From contig OZ024743.1 of NCBI GenBank assembly GCA_964016885.1, positions 29,512,001 to 29,576,000 on the forward strand: 64,000 nucleotides of DNA. Reading direction: 5' to 3'. Position numbers and translations under genes: made by a program. The stretch's first letter is position 1. Each line of letters begins with the position of its first letter. The notes below the pieces were generated by a model that saw nothing but the letters and a program-made list of their open reading frames with translations, had not been told where the DNA came from and did not search any database. Source of the stretch: Eledone cirrhosa. Lineage: Eukaryota. This document shows positions 13,714 through 28,886 of the stretch, in pieces.

Positions 13714-14321
13714 GTCAGGTCACCAGTTGGTGCTACTGGTAACATGTATCCCAGTACAACCTGTCTCATGGTCGGGTCGTTGGCGACTAAACTGGCAACC
13801 CCACCAAGGTTTCTTGGTGAGGAGGGTGACTTTGGACATCCTGCAGGACTAAAAACAAAACCTGTCAAAGGGCAAAGGAGCTCTTAAGAGTCAATGGCCA
13901 TCCAAAATCACCGGGAGAGATGACCCCTTAGCCTTTGTCAAGGCAGAATTCTAGGAGAAGGAAAACTCTGATATAACACCTGCAACCCTGATGGTATCCA
14001 ATGATGTTGACTTGTTCTTCTTTTTGGTAAATATCATCTTGGTTAAGAGAGTGGGACTGGCTTTGTGCAGTGCCTTTGCTCACTATAAAAGCTTCACGGC
14101 ACAGGCATTGCTTTATATCTGGAGATCTCTCTGCACTTGTCGTCACATGGTACCATGGGCCCAGCACTATGTGTCAATAATTGTCACAAGTGTAGTGTTT
14201 GTACCAGAGTTTTCAAGTCGCTGGCTGGAATAAAAAGTCACATTCGTTCAGCGCATCGGTAGGGGTTCTCCTACATGTATATAAAGTAGTGGCCGTACTC
14301 GAAAACGAGTTGGCAGCCACC
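13714..14321 (+). mobile_element. ~610-bp non-autonomous retroelement with RTE-type 5' UTR head
   Basis: Contains ctaggagaaggaaaactctga, a motif I recall from RTE 5' UTRs, and a hairpin-rich 5' end. No ORF of note. Flanked by (TA)n/(TATG)n, with a second 5'-truncated copy at 7204-7521. Confidence 0.6.
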
Positions 14322-14348
14322 ATATATATATATATGTATGTATGTATG

Positions 14349-14391
<43 letters not shown>

Positions 14392-14396
14392 GTATG

Positions 14397-14448
<52 letters not shown>

Positions 14449-14673
14449 TACGTATGTATATATATATATATATATGTATGTATATATATGTATATATATA
14501 TATATATATGTATGTATATATATGTATATATATATATATGTATGTATATATATGTATATATGTATGTATATATATGTATATATGTATGTATATATATGTA
14601 TATATGTATGTATATATATGTATATATATATATATATGTATGTATATATATGTATATCTATCTATCTATCTAT

Positions 14674-16620
14674 CTAAGGCGGGTAAAATTCCCGAGATCC
14701 ATGGACGAGTTCTCTCCAGCGGTCTCTGTCCCTCATTATCGCTGTCATATCCTGCATCTCCAACAGACCAGTGTCTGTCCTTACGGCATCAACATATGTT
14801 AACCTTGGTCTTCCTCTTCTAGTGTGTCCATGTAGGGGCTCCCAAAGGAGCACTGAGTGCAATGTCAACTCTGGATGTCGGTGAGTATGTCCAGCCAACT
14901 TCAGTCTTCTCTGTGTCACTTTTGAGCTGACTTTTGGGATGCTCCCATACAGCTCTGAGTTTTTCATCATCAGTGTATACTGATTAATGTTCAGAGACAT
15001 CCTCAGCATTCTCGTGTAGCACCCATCCACCATCTGAGTGAGTCTCTTGGTCAGTGTCCAAGTCTCAGACCCACACAGCAGCACATACTCCACTACAGCA
15101 ATGAAGAGGCGGACCTTCAGGTCTCTACGAAGGTCCGACTTCCACACCGATCCCAAGCTGTGACACGCCGCCCAGGCCTTGCTCTTCCTCTCAACCACAT
15201 CATCTTCCGTATTCCCAATCTTTGCTCCCAAATACAGGAAGTCCTCAACCAATTCCAGCGGCTTCCCGCCTACATTAGTGATCCCCTCTGGCTTCTCAAC
15301 ATTCTCTACCAGATATTTTGTTTTAGTCTCATTCATTCTCAGCCACACACTCATCGACACAGTCTCAACCTCCCGCATCAAATCCTCTGCCTCCTTCACT
15401 GTATTTGTCACCAAAACTATGTCGTCGGCAAATTCAGCATCCGATACCTTTTTCGCCCCAACTCTCCTGCTCTGAGCCGGTGCTACAGTAAAGCCAGAGT
15501 CCTGGTGTTTCTCCAGTGCAAGGCGCATACAATAGTCCACTACGATGATAAAAAGGTCCCTACCTGTATCTCCCTTGAGCACTCCAGCCAGTATCTCAAA
15601 GAACTCTGTTCTCCCATCAGGTGTAATGACTTGGGCTTTGGTGTTGGTGTAGAGCAGTGATATCAGGTCCACTATCCTCTTGGGGATTCCATAAGCCTGT
15701 AAGATCTTCATCAGGCAGTAACGGTCCACAGAATCAAAGGCCTTCCTAAAGTCAATGAAAACCATGACCGCAGGAAGGCACTTTGCTCTAGCTCCCTCTA
15801 ATATCCTCCTCAGCATCAGGATGTGACTGGTGGTTGATCTACCCTCTCTGAAGCCGTTCTGGTTGTCCCTGAGCTTCTTCTCCATCTCAGGCTGGATCCT
15901 GTTAAGAATCATCCTGTTGAGGGTCTTTGCCACAAGTGACGTCAGTGAGATCCCCCGGTAGTTGTTGGTGTTAGAGAAATCTCCCTTCTTTGGCACTGGG
16001 ACGATGTTACTGATCCTCCACTGATTCGGGGCAACTCCTTTCTCCAGTGCCCCGTTACAGAACCCCAGGATGATATCATCAAAATCACACCTCTTCATCA
16101 CCTCTGATGCCACTCCATCTTCTCCATGAGCCTTGCCCTCCTTGATCTTCATCGTGGCTCTCTGAAGCTCCTCTCTGGTGAAGCGCTCTGTCTCAACATC
16201 CAGTTCCCCAAACAGCCGCCTGATCTCCCCAGTGCTCTGGGCTGTGGAGGGTGGCTCTCCTAGTAGGGTCCTAAAATGGTCTAGCCATTTCCTCTTCCTA
16301 TCCTCGGGCCCCGTTCCCTGGATCTGACTCGAACACCTTTTCTTTCTCCCTGTGATCTCGTTGATGATCATCCAGCTCTCCTTACATCCAGATCTGTCAA
16401 TCGCTCTCTCCACACTTCTGATCTTTTCTATCAGTGCCTCCTCTCTGACCTCAGTGTAAGCGGTACAGAGCTCTTCCCTCATCACCCCCACAGTCTCCAT
16501 CCTCTCCTCTGTAGGATCAGCATAGAATTGGTCCCTGGCAGCTTTCAGGTGTTCTCTGGCTGCACACACTTTTGGGTTTGCAGAGCTGACGTGCTTCCCT
16601 TTGTTCTTTTTCCTCGGCAC
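14674..16620 (-). CDS. RTE reverse transcriptase ORF (648 aa, continuation of the endonuclease ORF, slightly damaged)
   Basis: [38 protein letters not shown] and the C-terminal GRPRLTY..DRDRW. The QGD-LSP motif is altered to KGDTGRD. Confidence 0.9.
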   Translation of the reverse strand: MPRKKNKGKHVSSANPKVCAAREHLKAARDQFYADPTEERMETVGVMREELCTAYTEVREEALIEKIRSVERAIDRSGCKESWMIINEITGRKKRCSSQIQGTGPEDRKRKWLDHFRTLLGEPPSTAQSTGEIRRLFGELDVETERFTREELQRATMKIKEGKAHGEDGVASEVMKRCDFDDIILGFCNGALEKGVAPNQWRISNIVPVPKKGDFSNTNNYRGISLTSLVAKTLNRMILNRIQPEMEKKLRDNQNGFREGRSTTSHILMLRRILEGARAKCLPAVMVFIDFRKAFDSVDRYCLMKILQAYGIPKRIVDLISLLYTNTKAQVITPDGRTEFFEILAGVLKGDTGRDLFIIVVDYCMRLALEKHQDSGFTVAPAQSRRVGAKKVSDAEFADDIVLVTNTVKEAEDLMREVETVSMSVWLRMNETKTKYLVENVEKPEGITNVGGKPLELVEDFLYLGAKIGNTEDDVVERKSKAWAACHSLGSVWKSDLRRDLKVRLFIAVVEYVLLCGSETWTLTKRLTQMVDGCYTRMLRMSLNINQYTLMMKNSELYGSIPKVSSKVTQRRLKLAGHTHRHPELTLHSVLLWEPLHGHTRRGRPRLTYVDAVRTDTGLLEMQDMTAIMRDRDRWRELVHGSREFYPP

Positions 16621-16626
16621 CAGGGT

Positions 16627-17208
16627 TTAACTTGCTTTCGCCACTGCATTGGTGAAGTGCCCGTACCTCCTCGTCACACTCTCCTCAGTCCATCCAATCT
16701 CTCTCTCCTCTGACTCTCCACACAGAGCACTAAACCTGTTTCTCACTTCCACTGTGAACCTCTCCTGTAGCTTATCATCTTCCTTGAAAGCTCCCCAGTC
16801 ATAGATTGTTCTCCGGGGCTGAGCCTTGCTCTTTCTTAAGCTCACGCGGACCTCACTCATAACAAGCCGGTGGTCACTACCCAGTGTACTGAAATAGCTG
16901 TATGGTTCCGTGTTCAGAACACTATTCCGCCACTTTTTCCTCACCAGAATGAAATCAATCTGGGACTTGGACAGGTGCATATCTGAGATGTAGGTCCACA
17001 TCTTCCCCAGATTCTTCCTAAACCTTAGGTTGGTCGCCATCAAGTTCGCCTCCAGCAGGGTGTCTCTCAGTAGTCTTCCATTTCGGTTGGTGTTGTTATG
17101 GAAGTACCAGCAAGGATCTTCACTGCCCTCCTTACTCAGATGTGCATTGAAGTCCCCCAAAACAAGCAGGATATTGTGTGCCTGAGTGGTGTTGACAGCT
17201 CTACACAC
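16627..17208 (-). pseudogene. RTE apurinic-type endonuclease fragment, separated from the RT ORF by a stop/frameshift
   Basis: GDFNAH, N.NG..L, QIDFILV and SDH motifs. Confidence 0.9.
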
Positions 17209-17366
17209 CTCCTATATATATATATTTATGTATATATATGTATATATATATATGTATTTATATATATGTATATATATATGTATGTATATATATGTATATA
17301 TATGTATATATATGTATATATATATGTATATATATGTATATATATGTATATATGTATATATATATG

Positions 17367-17501
<135 letters not shown>

Positions 17502-17685
17502 TATCCACTACAAGAACTACTCCAACTGGACTACATCTAAGTGGACTACCATAACGATAATCTGTTATCCCGTATATATATATATATATTTATAAAATTG
17601 AGATAAGCGGAGCAAGCAAGATTCAAACAATTTTTTTAAAATGAATTAAAAAACAATATAATTTAAATATTTACCTATTCCAATT

Positions 17686-17765
17686 GCTTTTATGACGGTT
17701 TCACTTCACAAAAGATTGGAGATCCCTAGGGACCTCCAATGGAAAAGTTTAGATCTTCAGAAAGC
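17686..17765 (-). ncRNA. Candidate type I hammerhead in a TA-bounded PLE module (~17595-17985)
   Basis: GCTTT-CTGAAGA-[long hairpin attggag gtccctagggat ctccaat]-GAAA-ccgtca-TA-AAAGC. Confidence 0.55.
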
Positions 17766-17983
17766 ATTTTCCTTTCCTAAGACAAAAAGTCCCAGGAACG
17801 GCAAAATATATTGCCATCTGCCAGCTAGCACATGATCGAATGGGGCCGAAAATCTGACCTATGCATGAACCAGCCCATAGTAGAAGCGGAAGTAAACATA
17901 GACGCATTGTCTACCTCCCCACTAAAAATAGCAGCTAAATAGAAACAACAGATTTGTTCTCTACATAACGGAGATTATTAAAA

Positions 17984-18115
<132 letters not shown>

Positions 18116-18779
18116 AAATCACTTATCAATAACAGACTAGAAATAAACGAGATAAAATTAGTAATGTTACCCGTCCAAGAAAACCAACAGATATATATAA
18201 AATAATAGGGTCATGGAAGGAGTGTTTGAAGAAGCTGCCCGCACGTCCTTCTCATGAATAAATGGGAGAAGAAGAAGAAAATGAAGAAAAGAAATAACTA
18301 AAAACGTAAGCTCTATAAACGAACAACACAACAATTAAAACATCAAAAGTTCAGGCAGTTGATATCGCCCCAATTCAGCGTCTCACATTTAATATCATTA
18401 CATAATGTTTGTAAATTTGGTATCACCTTTTTTTAAATATTCAGCTTCTCTTCACTTAATGTTTTAAAACAAATATTACATGGAGGCATATAAAGGTACT
18501 CACAGACATTCTCCAAGGTTCCTAATGGATCCCTTGATAATCGATAGTGCATCCGTGAGATATTGGGACTAAATAAATATTCCCAGGGTAAAACCATCTT
18601 TGCTTCTTGTTTTTATTACAAGTTCTCACTGAACCGCGCATCTCTTATTCCTCATCTGAGTTTGTAACGTTAATATTTGCAGCCCCAAATGCATAGTAGC
18701 GACTTCCATGACAAATCACTTTAAACACATACACACTTACACGCACACACAAATGTATATATATATATATATATATATA

Positions 18780-18960
18780 TTGTTATACTTGGGGAGGGTC
18801 ATATTTGCGTAATATTGCCAGAATTAATAACAGAAGACACTCACTGTTTGGTTGGTTTTCGCTTCTCGCTGTCTTTTATATCTGCGATCTAACTTACTCC
18901 CCAAGTATAACAATATCTGTTTCGACACACGATTTCATATAAAAAACCTCGCTAAACTAA
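18780..18960 (+). mobile_element. Internally deleted copy of the 6701-7108 family (inverted termini)
   Basis: ttgttatacttgggga...tccccaagtataacaa plus the extension atatctgtttcgacacacgatttcatat. Confidence 0.75.
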
Positions 18961-21705
18961 ATAATATATATATATATATATACTTAAGGTAAATATTGAT
19001 GCAATTCAATTCAAGCACTCAACGTACTTTTCCACATGGGAGCGACGGAGTATATATCGAATAAGAATTTAGCTCCAAAGCGTTGAGCGCTCTATGGTGT
19101 AACCGATATAGTGAACAAGAGAGGAACCAGCCATCAGCTACACCCGGAAATTCCCTCTACCATGGAAATTGATTACACACACTGGAAATCCCTGCCACTG
19201 GCCGGACATAAAATTATAAACTAACTTTCGACAGGGTAAATACGCGGAACTAAAAACAACGATAAACCCCTTATTTTCCTGCAGCAAATTGCATTTGCAC
19301 AGAGGCCTTCAACGAAGCCCCTTCACTTCATCCGATAACGAATTTTTATATGCACTTTACATAGACAAAATTGACAATCATTTTAACTACTTATACCATC
19401 ATCTCCATACAGTTTACCTTCCTCGTATATTTTTCTCATATATATCTCCTATCTCATTTTGCATCTATGTATTTTTTGTATTTTTTGTTTTGGTTCATGT
19501 GATAGTGATATTAACTATGTATTTGCCGAATTACTACGTTTTATACTGTAATCTACTGTACGGTACTATCGTTCAATATATGGATGATATATCTATAATA
19601 TTGATCCCCCTTTCAGAACTTCTTACTATATTTTAAACATCTCCCTTTTATTAGTTATTATATGTACATACTTTTTTACTTACTTCAATCAAGATTTTAA
19701 CTTGTAATTCTTTTTAATTTCTAATTTTGAACCATAATTTCCACTGTCAAACCATAATACCTAGAAATAAGTATATATTCTCATAGCTGGTGATGGTCAA
19801 ATGTATTGTCCAAGCATAAATTAGGGGTAGTATTGAGACCTATTATACATGCATATATGATAATAAACTATGAAGTAATGTGCTTTAGTAGATTCACTTT
19901 AGTTAGTTCCATCATAATATCACTTCATAGGACATCTCCAGTCTTCACGTAATAATGTCGGATGTAATTCAGTTTCAATAAATGATATACTATTTTCTTC
20001 ATATTGTTTTTCTATTTTCTGCTATTCCTATTTCATATAAACCGTTTTAGATAAACGTTCTTTCTCATCTCCTACACCAATGAATTATGCAAACGTACCC
20101 TCACATACACACAGCTTATTTTGTGATTGTTATGAACTAAGAACGTAACCACTGTACAAGGGTTCAAACTGTATGATTATGAAAAATATATACACTTGAT
20201 ATTCTTCACATACACAGTACCCATTTTAAATCAGCCTACATTGCTTGTATATATTAATAGCTCCTATGATTTTAGGAAATACACGATGAGCTACTTAAAA
20301 ACGATTCCTTTCATAGTTTGTATATATAATAAATATAATATATTATGTCTTACTGTAAATAAGACAAACGGCAAGACATATGATAACAAAACGCGCGTTT
20401 TGCCATAACTTTGTAAATTATGAATGGAGTTTAAACATACCATTATACTAGTTGAGAGAAACATAGAAATATTTGAGCTTACAGAAATCATATTTAGATA
20501 TAGTTTCTGTTACGATACGCTATCAATCTTGCTTACTGGTTTACATGGCATATTCATCTATTAATGCTTCTGATATTTTAAATCTGGTTGATATATGTTC
20601 ATGAATAGAATAGGCGTGATGTATTTTACTAAATGTCAATCATTCCTAAGTGATAGCTATCAGCAATTAAGCCAAAATGTATATGGCCTCATGGGTATGT
20701 ATGCATGTATTTTTTATAATTGAAAATCTATATCCTGGTTGTATTGAATGTAACTGACGATGTCTGCAATTACTCCAGATATAAAAATGAATAATTGATT
20801 ATATGGACTCTTTTGCTAATAATAGAAAATACCAAATATAGGATTAAATCTTCATGTAATATCATCACTTACTGATTTATTGCTTGCTGGTATATTGAAA
20901 ATTAAAATATTTAAGTATCTTCTGTAAAAATACGACAATAAAAATGTTATATATGATGTAGAGCATGTATACTTGCATGTATTCTTGCATGTATACTTGC
21001 ATGTACGTATTAAAGTTTTTAATGTTTTCAATGATTTCATCATACATCTTATTAGAAAAACGTGAACATTTCTCCATAAAGTACTGTCGATGCATATGTT
21101 TTGCATGTTTCTTTACTTGTTATTACCGAACGTAAAGGTTATACATCATATATGAAGCGAATATACATGCTGATGTAACAAATGTGGTGAATGGATAAAT
21201 TGCAATAGCATTGGAATTGTTGCTAGAGGAAATTACACGTTGAAGCTGATTAATATATCTGACAAAAGTATATATTTCTATATTTAGTTTAATAACATAA
21301 GTAATAATAACAATGATCTTTAACACTGGCATAGTGCAGACATTTGGAGAGATGGTGTAGATGATCTACTTGATTCCAGCACTTATCGACTCTGGAAGGA
21401 TCAAAGGGAAAATTGTCCCGGTGGTATTTCAGTTCCATATAAAGAGACGTAATCAATTGCTGCAAGACATTTATTTTGTTGTTCCTACCATTCACCATCT
21501 TTTATAATAATGTTAATGAATTCTGACTTAGACAGAATGCCTCAGGTTTAAAGTGAATGCTCAATCGGTTTATTTAACGCGCATATTCGATTGGTGATTA
21601 CATAAGCGCACCCGGAAGCAAATCTTTCATAGGCATACTAATAATATAAATACACGAACATGCACATATAGAAACACATCCATAAATGCACACATACATA
21701 CAGCT

Positions 21706-22220
<515 letters not shown>

Positions 22221-23392
22221 ATATATATATATATATACAGAGAGAGAGAGAGAGAGAGAGAGACGTATATAAATACATACACACACACGCATATAAATAT
22301 ATATATAATAGGTATACATTGAAGTTATAGCTACAATATAGTAGATAACAATCGAATTGTTTGAGGCAGTCACAAAGCACTCAATGATGAGAAAAGTCAA
22401 GAAAGTGTGACTCCAAGAAAAGCGACCAAATGGATATGGCCAAACCTATACTACAACAACGATAGATACAAACATGTCCAAGACTAACGTGGGCCATCTC
22501 GGGTAGATGATAATAGATACAATTCCATAAAACTCCTTGATAGGGTTCTGGTAACCCGGGAGGCGGCACCTCGAGCTGCAAAATGCATATGCAAGACATA
22601 TATGCATTTTTACGATGGAACTAGGTGATAACAAATGAAATTACAAAATGTATTATTTTCATGAGGGGAGATAAATTCTATCGCATATTTTGAAGGAAGT
22701 TAAGAGCTTCTGTATAAATAAAATTCTGTGTTTTCTGGTTTGGAGCATACACAAATAAACTTTGTAAACTATCCACTCTGGAGAATTGTGTATGGTGGCA
22801 ACATCTGAAGAGCTTCTGGACAGTAACAACTTCTTCTCCTTCTCATGTTTTTAAAATGTGGATTAAATAATAAATGAGTGAAAATTACATGTTTATCTTC
22901 ACCGAGGAGAAAAAAATCAACCATGAAGCTTATCTCATTTAAGTAGTCATTGTAACTAGCTTCATTGGAGCTCAGTGTGTTATTGTGCTTATTAATATCA
23001 CCTAACTTTGACAATACCAAATAGCTCTGTCATATTGTGGTAAAGTAGTTAGTATCACATCACTTTGCTTAATCATATATGCGAGATGTAAAACAACTTA
23101 TAAAAGCTAACGCAATGTGGCTGAAGTTCAACTGATATTTTGTTCTTTAAGGGGATTCCTAGAGTCTTTTGGAATCCAAACGATCATTCCAAACAAATAC
23201 GAACTTTCATGAAGAGAGGGAGAAAACACAAACGAGGAAGAAAAAGAGGATGGAAACGTTTCTTCAAGAAGATTATTATTTTCATCGTGTAAGAAGTGCA
23301 TTAGCCAAGGGTATAGTTGAGGTCCCTAACCTACCAATTCAGGGTTCAAAGACCACCCTATATCTTGTTGTTGTCTCTTTTCCATCATTATA

Positions 23393-24614
23393 TATAATAA
23401 CTAGAAATTGATTAACATATAAATAAACATGAATACTCACAGGAGATAATTTTTACAAGTGTGTAACTACACATAGCTAGGTAGGTAACTAAATAAAGTT
23501 GACCAGAACTTCAAAAATAGATACATTATAATATGATTAATCTTCCCTGTATATATTCCATTAAAGAAATATATTTCACCAATTAATCGGATGGTAAACC
23601 ACGGAAGTGGATACTTGGATTTTCAACAAGGAAGAGTTCTAACGATCCGTGTTTACACTTCAAGTTCAAATCAGCGACTGCCCAGCAACACGTGCTATAT
23701 CTACTAGAAATACACACATCATACTAGCTTCGTCCCAGTGGCGTGAATAGGGTTATCGACAACTAGAAACAGCAGTCGAGTCCTTTCAACAGAGTTAGCT
23801 CTACAATTAAGGAGCCGTATTTATATATCTATATCCAAAATTAAGATAAATCAAAGGAATTTAATCTAAATCAAAATTATGGGTATCATGCCAGAAAGAC
23901 ATGCGCCATATCACCCGTAAAATAAGCTCTAAGACTCTAACGAGTAGGTCCGAGCATTTTATAATAACTAGAAATTGATTAACATATAAATAAACATGAA
24001 TAATCACAGGAGATAATTTTTACAAGTGTGTAACCACACATAGCTAGGTAGGTAACTACCTAACTATGGTAGGTAAGGTAACTACCTAACTACCTAACTG
24101 CTGTTTCTAGTTATCAATAACCCTATTCACGCCACTGGGACGAAGCTAGTATGATGTGTGTATTTCTAGTAGATATAGCACGTGTTGCTGGCCAGTCGCT
24201 GATTTGAACTTGAAGTGTAAACACGGATCGCTGGAACTTCTTCCTTGTTGAAAATCCAAGTATCCACTTCCGTGGTTTACTATCCGAATAATTGGTGAAA
24301 TATATTTCTTTAATAGAATATATACAGGGAAGATTAATCATATAATAAGGTATCCATTTTTGAAGTTCTGCTCAACTTTATTAAGTTACCTACCTAGCTA
24401 TGTGTGGTTACACACTTGTAAAAATTATCTCCTGTGATTATTCATGTTTATTTATATGTTAATCAATTTCTAGTTATTATAAAATGCTCGGACCTACTCG
24501 TTAGAGTCTTAGAGCTTATTTTACGGGTGATATGGCGCATGTCTTTCTGGCATGACACCCATAATTTTGATTTAGATTAAATTCATTTGATTTATCTTAA
24601 TTTTGGATATATAT
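23393..24614. repeat. 567-bp unit in partial tandem followed by an inverted, circularly permuted copy
   Basis: tataataactagaaattg starts at 23393 and 23960. 24098-24614 is the reverse complement of 23775->23393 continuing into 23959->23826. Confidence 0.85.
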
Positions 24615-25437
24615 ATATAATGCTGCAAACACTGCTAAGAGTACTGCAATCGCTTGTCAGATTATAGTGTTTGATGCACTTTTAGGCTACAGCCAATCAC
24701 ACAAACCCGTAACATACACTAACACACTAACAAGCAATGCCTGTACTTTGAAGGTTTTTTAAGTGGGGAAAGCCCTTGCAGTTGACCAATCCTACTCTCT
24801 GAGCATCGCAAACATTACCCGAAAAGAAGAACTAGTCAACATCACACACACACACACACACAGATATATATATATATATATATATATATACCTAACTCGT
24901 CCCATGAACTGAGTGCACTACCACTACGGATATTACCTTCCAGTATTCTACCACTATATATATATATATATATATAGGTGGGCAGAGATTGTGAAAGTTA
25001 CTACAGTGACCAATCAATAATAAGTCATTTCTTCAATTTTCTAAATACCATATAGTATCTAGGAAAATTCAGGCTACGGATGGTAATTAATGGTGGCGAC
25101 TTTGTTGCAGCGAAATACGGAAGAATTTGTTCGACGGAAGCAATCATGTACGATACAGCACGGATTTTAGAAGATATTAAAAAATCTGATAACAAAATAG
25201 GAGAAGAATCAAAATACAGCTTGTTACTCTATCGAACATTTCACCTCTTTTTCCCATTCATCGTCATAAAAGGACCAAATTGTATTTTACTAATTTCCTT
25301 CGACACGTTTCCAATTGAGATCATCAATATAACTTTATTCATGTACATTTGCACACATATACATACATTTATACATATTACATACATACGTACATACATA
25401 CATACATACATATATACATACATACATACATGCATAC

Positions 25438-25476
<39 letters not shown>

Positions 25477-25596
25477 TTTATGCACATTTTGAAATATGTG
25501 TTTACACACACGCACAAACTCACACACACAAACACACACATATATATACACATATATGCATAAATACATACATATATATATATATGTATATATATT

Positions 25597-25649
<53 letters not shown>

Positions 25650-27368
25650 ATATACATATATATCTATATCTGAATAAATAAATATATATATACATATATA
25701 TATATATACGTGTGTGTATGCGTGACTCATCTGTCAATTTCTACGTTGCTGCATTGCCTGTAACCGAGAAGCGTCATTTATATAACAGTTGTGTTTAGAA
25801 ATGCAAATCATGAACATCTTAAGAAGCAATAGTCATACGGAATATCGTGTTCAGACGTCAACCCACCACACACACTCACACATACTTATAGGGTTGCGAA
25901 TTAACGTAGCTTGCGTTTTCTTGCATGTCTCCTCTAACGCAAGAAGACTAATGACCAAGCCGTAATTGGGCTCTACAAAGAAATTCAAGACTCTCTACTG
26001 TGCTTCAAAGAATACATAAAAAGAATTAACTGCTTTGTCCAGCAATGCAAACGTAAAATCATGCACGATGCCGACGTCAGTCTTTTGTCTGATGATTTGT
26101 CTATAAATATTTTCAATCATGTTATTCGCCTCCAAAACAGACGAAGCAGCCATAGAGATAAATTTTAAATGTTTTGACAGTTTCTTTCCTATCGGGGTAA
26201 CGAAAAGGAATAATGTTACTTCTGAACTTGCTCTTGGTAGGAAGCATTATGTTTGAAGTTTAGTTTCAGGCCGGTGGAAATTAACATATGCGTGTGATGG
26301 GCGGAAGAAGAAACGAGGCAGGAGTGCCAAAATGGAAGTTTGTGCCAAAATGAGACTAGTAACATTTGTGGACCATATACCATTACCTTAACGAAACAAT
26401 ACTGAGAGTTATGAGACCGCTCCATATGGGTTAAAGGATGTGGTGAATCATTGAGTCATTGAATAGTGATTAACGGTGTGACTTGAGATTGGATGCACTG
26501 AATCTCAGCATCTTTAATTAACACTCTACTTGGTTTGAATTACACATACCATTAAGAAACCTTTGTTTGACTTGAATCATTTACTAAAAGCCTGACGGTG
26601 CCTTCACTAAGTGTCATGAAAAATCTGTAGCAAGCACATTGTATGGAAATATTCGACATCATAAACGTCACAGAGCCTCAAGTAGTAATTGAATAGGAGT
26701 ATATACCATAAGGTCAATTTTTAGACAGACTTAGTAGAATTGGTTACCATTGAATGTTGGATTCTCACATATTTCCATTGAAGACAGTAACGTTGAAGAT
26801 TTCTTTTGGCACCTTAGTGAACGAAAAGTGATATTTTAAATTAAGGTGATTCACCCTAGATACTGGGTAACTGACATTTTACTATCCAATAGATTACATG
26901 TCGTATAAATCCTCACTCGATGCTATGCATGATAGCTGAATCAGGCAACAAGTTTCCACAAACAAGATATTTACCATACTTTATCAAATGTTTCATACCT
27001 GATTAAAATTCAATTGTTTGTGTTTACTTCTCATTTTTATTTTTTGTCAAACAACATCATATAATTAACTAAATTACTGAAAATTAATTTCCTTTATATA
27101 AAGGTGTTCTTTTTATTGAAATTATAATTGAAAATTGCTAAAACAATTTGAGTTGCGTTAGTTTAACTTTAATATTAAATTTATTATTGTTTGGTTTACA
27201 ACGGTGGGTGTGTGTATGGGTGTTGTATGGCTTTATTATATTCCTACACTGTTGCTTTATTATATTACCTAAAAACATAATTGTTATTAAAAATAAATAA
27301 ATCATTATATTGGTTGTGTTGACTATATATTATTTTTTAGTAGAAGTAGTACTAGTAGTAGTAGTAGT

Positions 27369-27399
<31 letters not shown>

Positions 27400-27427
27400 A
27401 TAGTAGTAGTAGTAGTAGTGATAACAT

Positions 27428-27840
27428 TTGGCAGTATCGGTAGAGGCGTCGGACATGCTTTGCAGCATAAAGTTACAACCCTTTAAGTTCTCAGTTCAAA
27501 TCCCGCCGAGGTTAGCTTTGCCTTTTATCCTTATGGGTCGATAAAATAAAGTACCAGTTTAACAACAGGGATCAATTTAATCGACTTTCCCCTCCTCCAA
27601 AATTGATGGCCTTGTACGTATATAAGAAACCATTATTATTATTAGAGGCGGTGGATTGGCAGTATTGGTAGAGGGGCAGACGCCATGCTTTCTAGCATAG
27701 TTACGTCCCTTTACGATCTGAGTTCAAATCCCGTCGAGGTTGACTTTGCCTTTCATCCTTACAGGGTCGATAAAATAAAGTACCAGTAATGCACTGGGTA
27801 ATTGCTGGCCTTGTGCCTAAAATAGAAACAATTATTATTA
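27428..27840 (+). mobile_element. Two tandem tRNA-derived SINEs after a (TAG/CAG)n tract
   Basis: Two SINE consensus matches with different 3' halves. Confidence 0.9.
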
Positions 27841-28400
27841 GTAGTAGTATTAGTAGAGATCTTGTGCGTGTGTAATGCCGTGCCATTGACAAAACAGAGA
27901 AGAAGAAATACTGGGAGACGAGATATTATCTTCTATATGTGTGGGAGATGGAATAAGTTAAACAGGGGAGTAGGAAAGTTTAGTTTTTTAAGAAAAGGGT
28001 GCTAATATTAATCCCATAAAGTTAGATGGAAACAGGAGACAGCATGCATTACTAGAGAGTAGGAAGAGGCCACGGGATATGGGAAGATTGACAAAGGTGA
28101 TCGATACAGGAGGGCAATAGGGAGAGTGATTAAAGAAGAAAGAAACAAGGGGAAAGAGAAGATAGGATGTACGTGGAAAGAGAGATATAAAGAAAAACAT
28201 CGAAAGAGGAAGCAAGAGTGTATGATGAATAGACAGTAAGAGCCGGGGATACCAAAGAGGGTAGAACATGTCTAGATATATAAATAGATAGGCTGATATA
28301 TATATATGGAGAAAGAGAGAGAGTAAGAGAGAGAGAGTGAGAGAGAGAGAGAGAGAAATAAATAAATACAGATACACACATACAAACACATTTACTTACA

Positions 28401-28493
<93 letters not shown>

Positions 28494-28642
28494 ATACTTT
28501 GGAAGGGTCATGTTGCCAATAAGAAACACACGCACCAGCTGCTTTCACTTCAATTTATTTTAATAAATTTATAAGAAATTTATAAATTTATAAATTTCTG
28601 GTTGGTGGGTTGGTTCCACAACCAGATAGTTGTTTATATATT

Positions 28643-28685
28643 GTCATAGTTCTTTCGTCACACACTCTGTGACCTCTTCAGTGAC
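28643..28685 (-). ncRNA. Type I hammerhead ribozyme in the Naiad 3' UTR
   Basis: GTCA-CTGAAGA-g-gtcaca gagtg tgtgac-GAAA-gaac-TA-TGAC. Canonical core with paired stems I and II. Confidence 0.8.
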
Positions 28686-28886
28686 TGAGGATTCCTTTCT
28701 TTGTTTCTGTGTCTCTCCATTGTTCTGTCCTACGCCATTTTGTTTCTGTGTGTGTGTTGTGTGCTCAGTCTGCGCATGCGCCACATCCGGATGTCTGTGT
28801 GTGTTTATGTTCATTTATTTATTTTCTTATTTACATGTTACTGGTTGGTTGTTTGTTCTATGTGTGTGTGTGTTTTCATTTTGTCC

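Larger units (their letters stand above)
14674..17210 (-). mobile_element. RTE-clade LINE, 5'-truncated within the endonuclease
   Basis: APE endonuclease motifs (LGDFNA, SQIDFIL, GSDHRLV) followed by RT. 3' tail of (TAGA)n merges into (TA)n, and there is (TA)n at the 5' end. Confidence 0.95.

Noticed and set aside
14199-14822. Long [12 protein letters not shown] ORFs here and throughout (e.g. 17098-17595, 53020-53443, 57357-58520)
   Set aside because: They are translations of (TA)n, (TG)n and (TATG)n microsatellites, not genes.
13714-17210. Idea that the RTE body was inverted relative to its own 5' UTR by recombination between TA tracts
   Set aside because: The 13714-14321 piece has an independent second copy with the same 3' end, so it behaves as a separate element.
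25860-26430. Possible host exon or DNA-transposon relic (minus strand MAASSVLEANNMIENIYRQ...)
   Set aside because: Only ~52 codons before a stop, with no motif or splice context I can support.
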